Of a stretch of DNA of 64,000 nt, positions 62,701 to 64,000 are shown in pieces. The stretch lies in assembly GCF_009914755.1 (NCBI RefSeq), contig NC_060947.1, one strand, 5' to 3'. The notes under the pieces were generated by a model. The model was not told where the DNA came from. It made no database searches and saw only the letters and a list, made by a program, of their open reading frames with translations. Origin of the DNA: the human T2T-CHM13v2.0 reference genome, Homo sapiens. Made by a program: the position numbers and the translations under genes. Within the stretch, counting starts at the first letter, position 1. Every line of letters begins with the position of its first letter.

Positions 62701-63418
62701 AAACCACAATGAGATACCATCTCAAACCATTTAGAATGGCAATCATTAAAACGTCAGGAAACAGCAGGTGCTGGAGAGGATGTGGAGAAATAGGAATACT
62801 TTTATACTGTTGGTGGGACTGTAAACTAGTTCAACCATTGTGGAAGACAGTGTGGTGATTCCTCAGGGACCTAGAACTAGAAATACCATTTGATCCAGCC
62901 ATCCCATTACTGGGTATATACCCAAAGGATTATAAATCATGCTGCTATAAAGACACATACACACGTATGTTTATTGCAGCACTATTCACAACAGCAAAGA
63001 CTTGGAACCAAACCAAATGTCCATCAGTGATAGACTGGATTAAGAAAATGTGGCACATATACACCATGGAATACTATGCAGCCATAAAAAAGGATGAGTT
63101 CATGTCCTTTGTAGGGACATGGATGAAGCTGGAAACCATCATTCTCAGCAAACTATCGCAAGGACAGAAAACCAAACACTGAATGTTCTCACTCATAGGT
63201 GAGAATTGATCAATGAGGACACTTGGACACAGGAAGGGGAACATCACACACCGGGGCCTGTTGTGGGGTGGTGGGAGGGGGGAGGGATAGCATTAGGAGA
63301 TATACCTAATGTAAATGACGAGTTAATGAGTGCAGCACACCAACAACATGGCACATGCATACATATATAACAAACCTACGCGTTCTGCACATGTACCCTA
63401 GAACTTAAAGTATAGTAA
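62701..63418 (+). mobile_element. 5'-truncated L1PA 3' end
   Basis: AAACCACAATGAGATACC...CCCTAGAACTTAAAGTATAG. Confidence 0.95.
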
Positions 63419-63883
63419 TATATATATATATATATATACTATATATATAGTATATATATATAGTTTATATATATACTATATATATAGTATATATATATAG
63501 TTATATATATATACTATATATATAGTATATATATATAGTTATATATATATACTGTATATATAGTATATATATATACTATATATATATAGTATATATATAT
63601 AACTATATATACAGTATATATATAACTATATATACAGTATATATAACTATATATATACAGTATATATAACTATATATAGTATATATATAACTATATATAG
63701 GTTATATATAACTATATATAGTGTATATATAACTATATATACAGTGTATATATATAGTTATATATACACTATATATAGTATAGTAATATATATTATATAT
63801 AGTTATATATGTACTCTATAGTATAGTAATATATATTATATATATAGTATAGTAATATATACTATATATATATATATATATAT
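63419..63883. repeat. ~465-bp interrupted (TA)n array
   Basis: Direct reading; units such as TATATACTATATATAGTATATA. Confidence 0.95.
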
Positions 63884-63884
63884 G

Positions 63885-64000
63885 AAAAGAAAAACTACCT
63901 ATTGGTTGGGTGCTATGCTCACTACCTGGGTGACAGGATCAATCATACCGCAAGTCTCAGCATCATGTAACATACCCATGTAACAAACTTGCAAATATAC
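63885..64000 (+). mobile_element. Old L1 3'UTR fragment, runs off the window
   Basis: AAAACTACCTATTGG...CTATGCTCACTACCTGGGTGACAGGATC...CCCATGTAACAAAC. Confidence 0.8.

Overview
This is primate (very likely human) genomic DNA, AT-rich and CpG-depleted. Roughly the first 55 kb is almost entirely nested transposable elements: L1 of many ages, Alu, MaLR LTRs and a Tigger1. I see no intact protein-coding gene, RNA gene or CRISPR array, and nearly all ORF-track entries are L1, ERV or Alu fragments. The most notable content is four separate RNAs that appear to have been copied into the locus by L1 target-primed reverse transcription. (1) A MORF4L1/MRG15 processed pseudogene, later split by an L1PA that carries a short 3' transduction. 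(2) A MER41 ERV in RNA form (R-U5-internal-U3-R-polyA) rather than proviral form. (3) A PRXL2C/AAED1 processed pseudogene with an exact 12-bp TSD. (4) A 5'-truncated HERV-H transcript ending in U3-R-polyA with an exact 15-bp TSD and a 620-codon pol frame. The last ~8.5 kb is mostly older sequence (MIR/L2 relics) with candidate exons, a promoter-like motif cluster, a duplicated GGAA block and a palindromic (TA)n array. Family and gene names come from my recall of consensus sequences, not from a database search. I found no genuinely new biological system; the processed ERV copies are the best leads.
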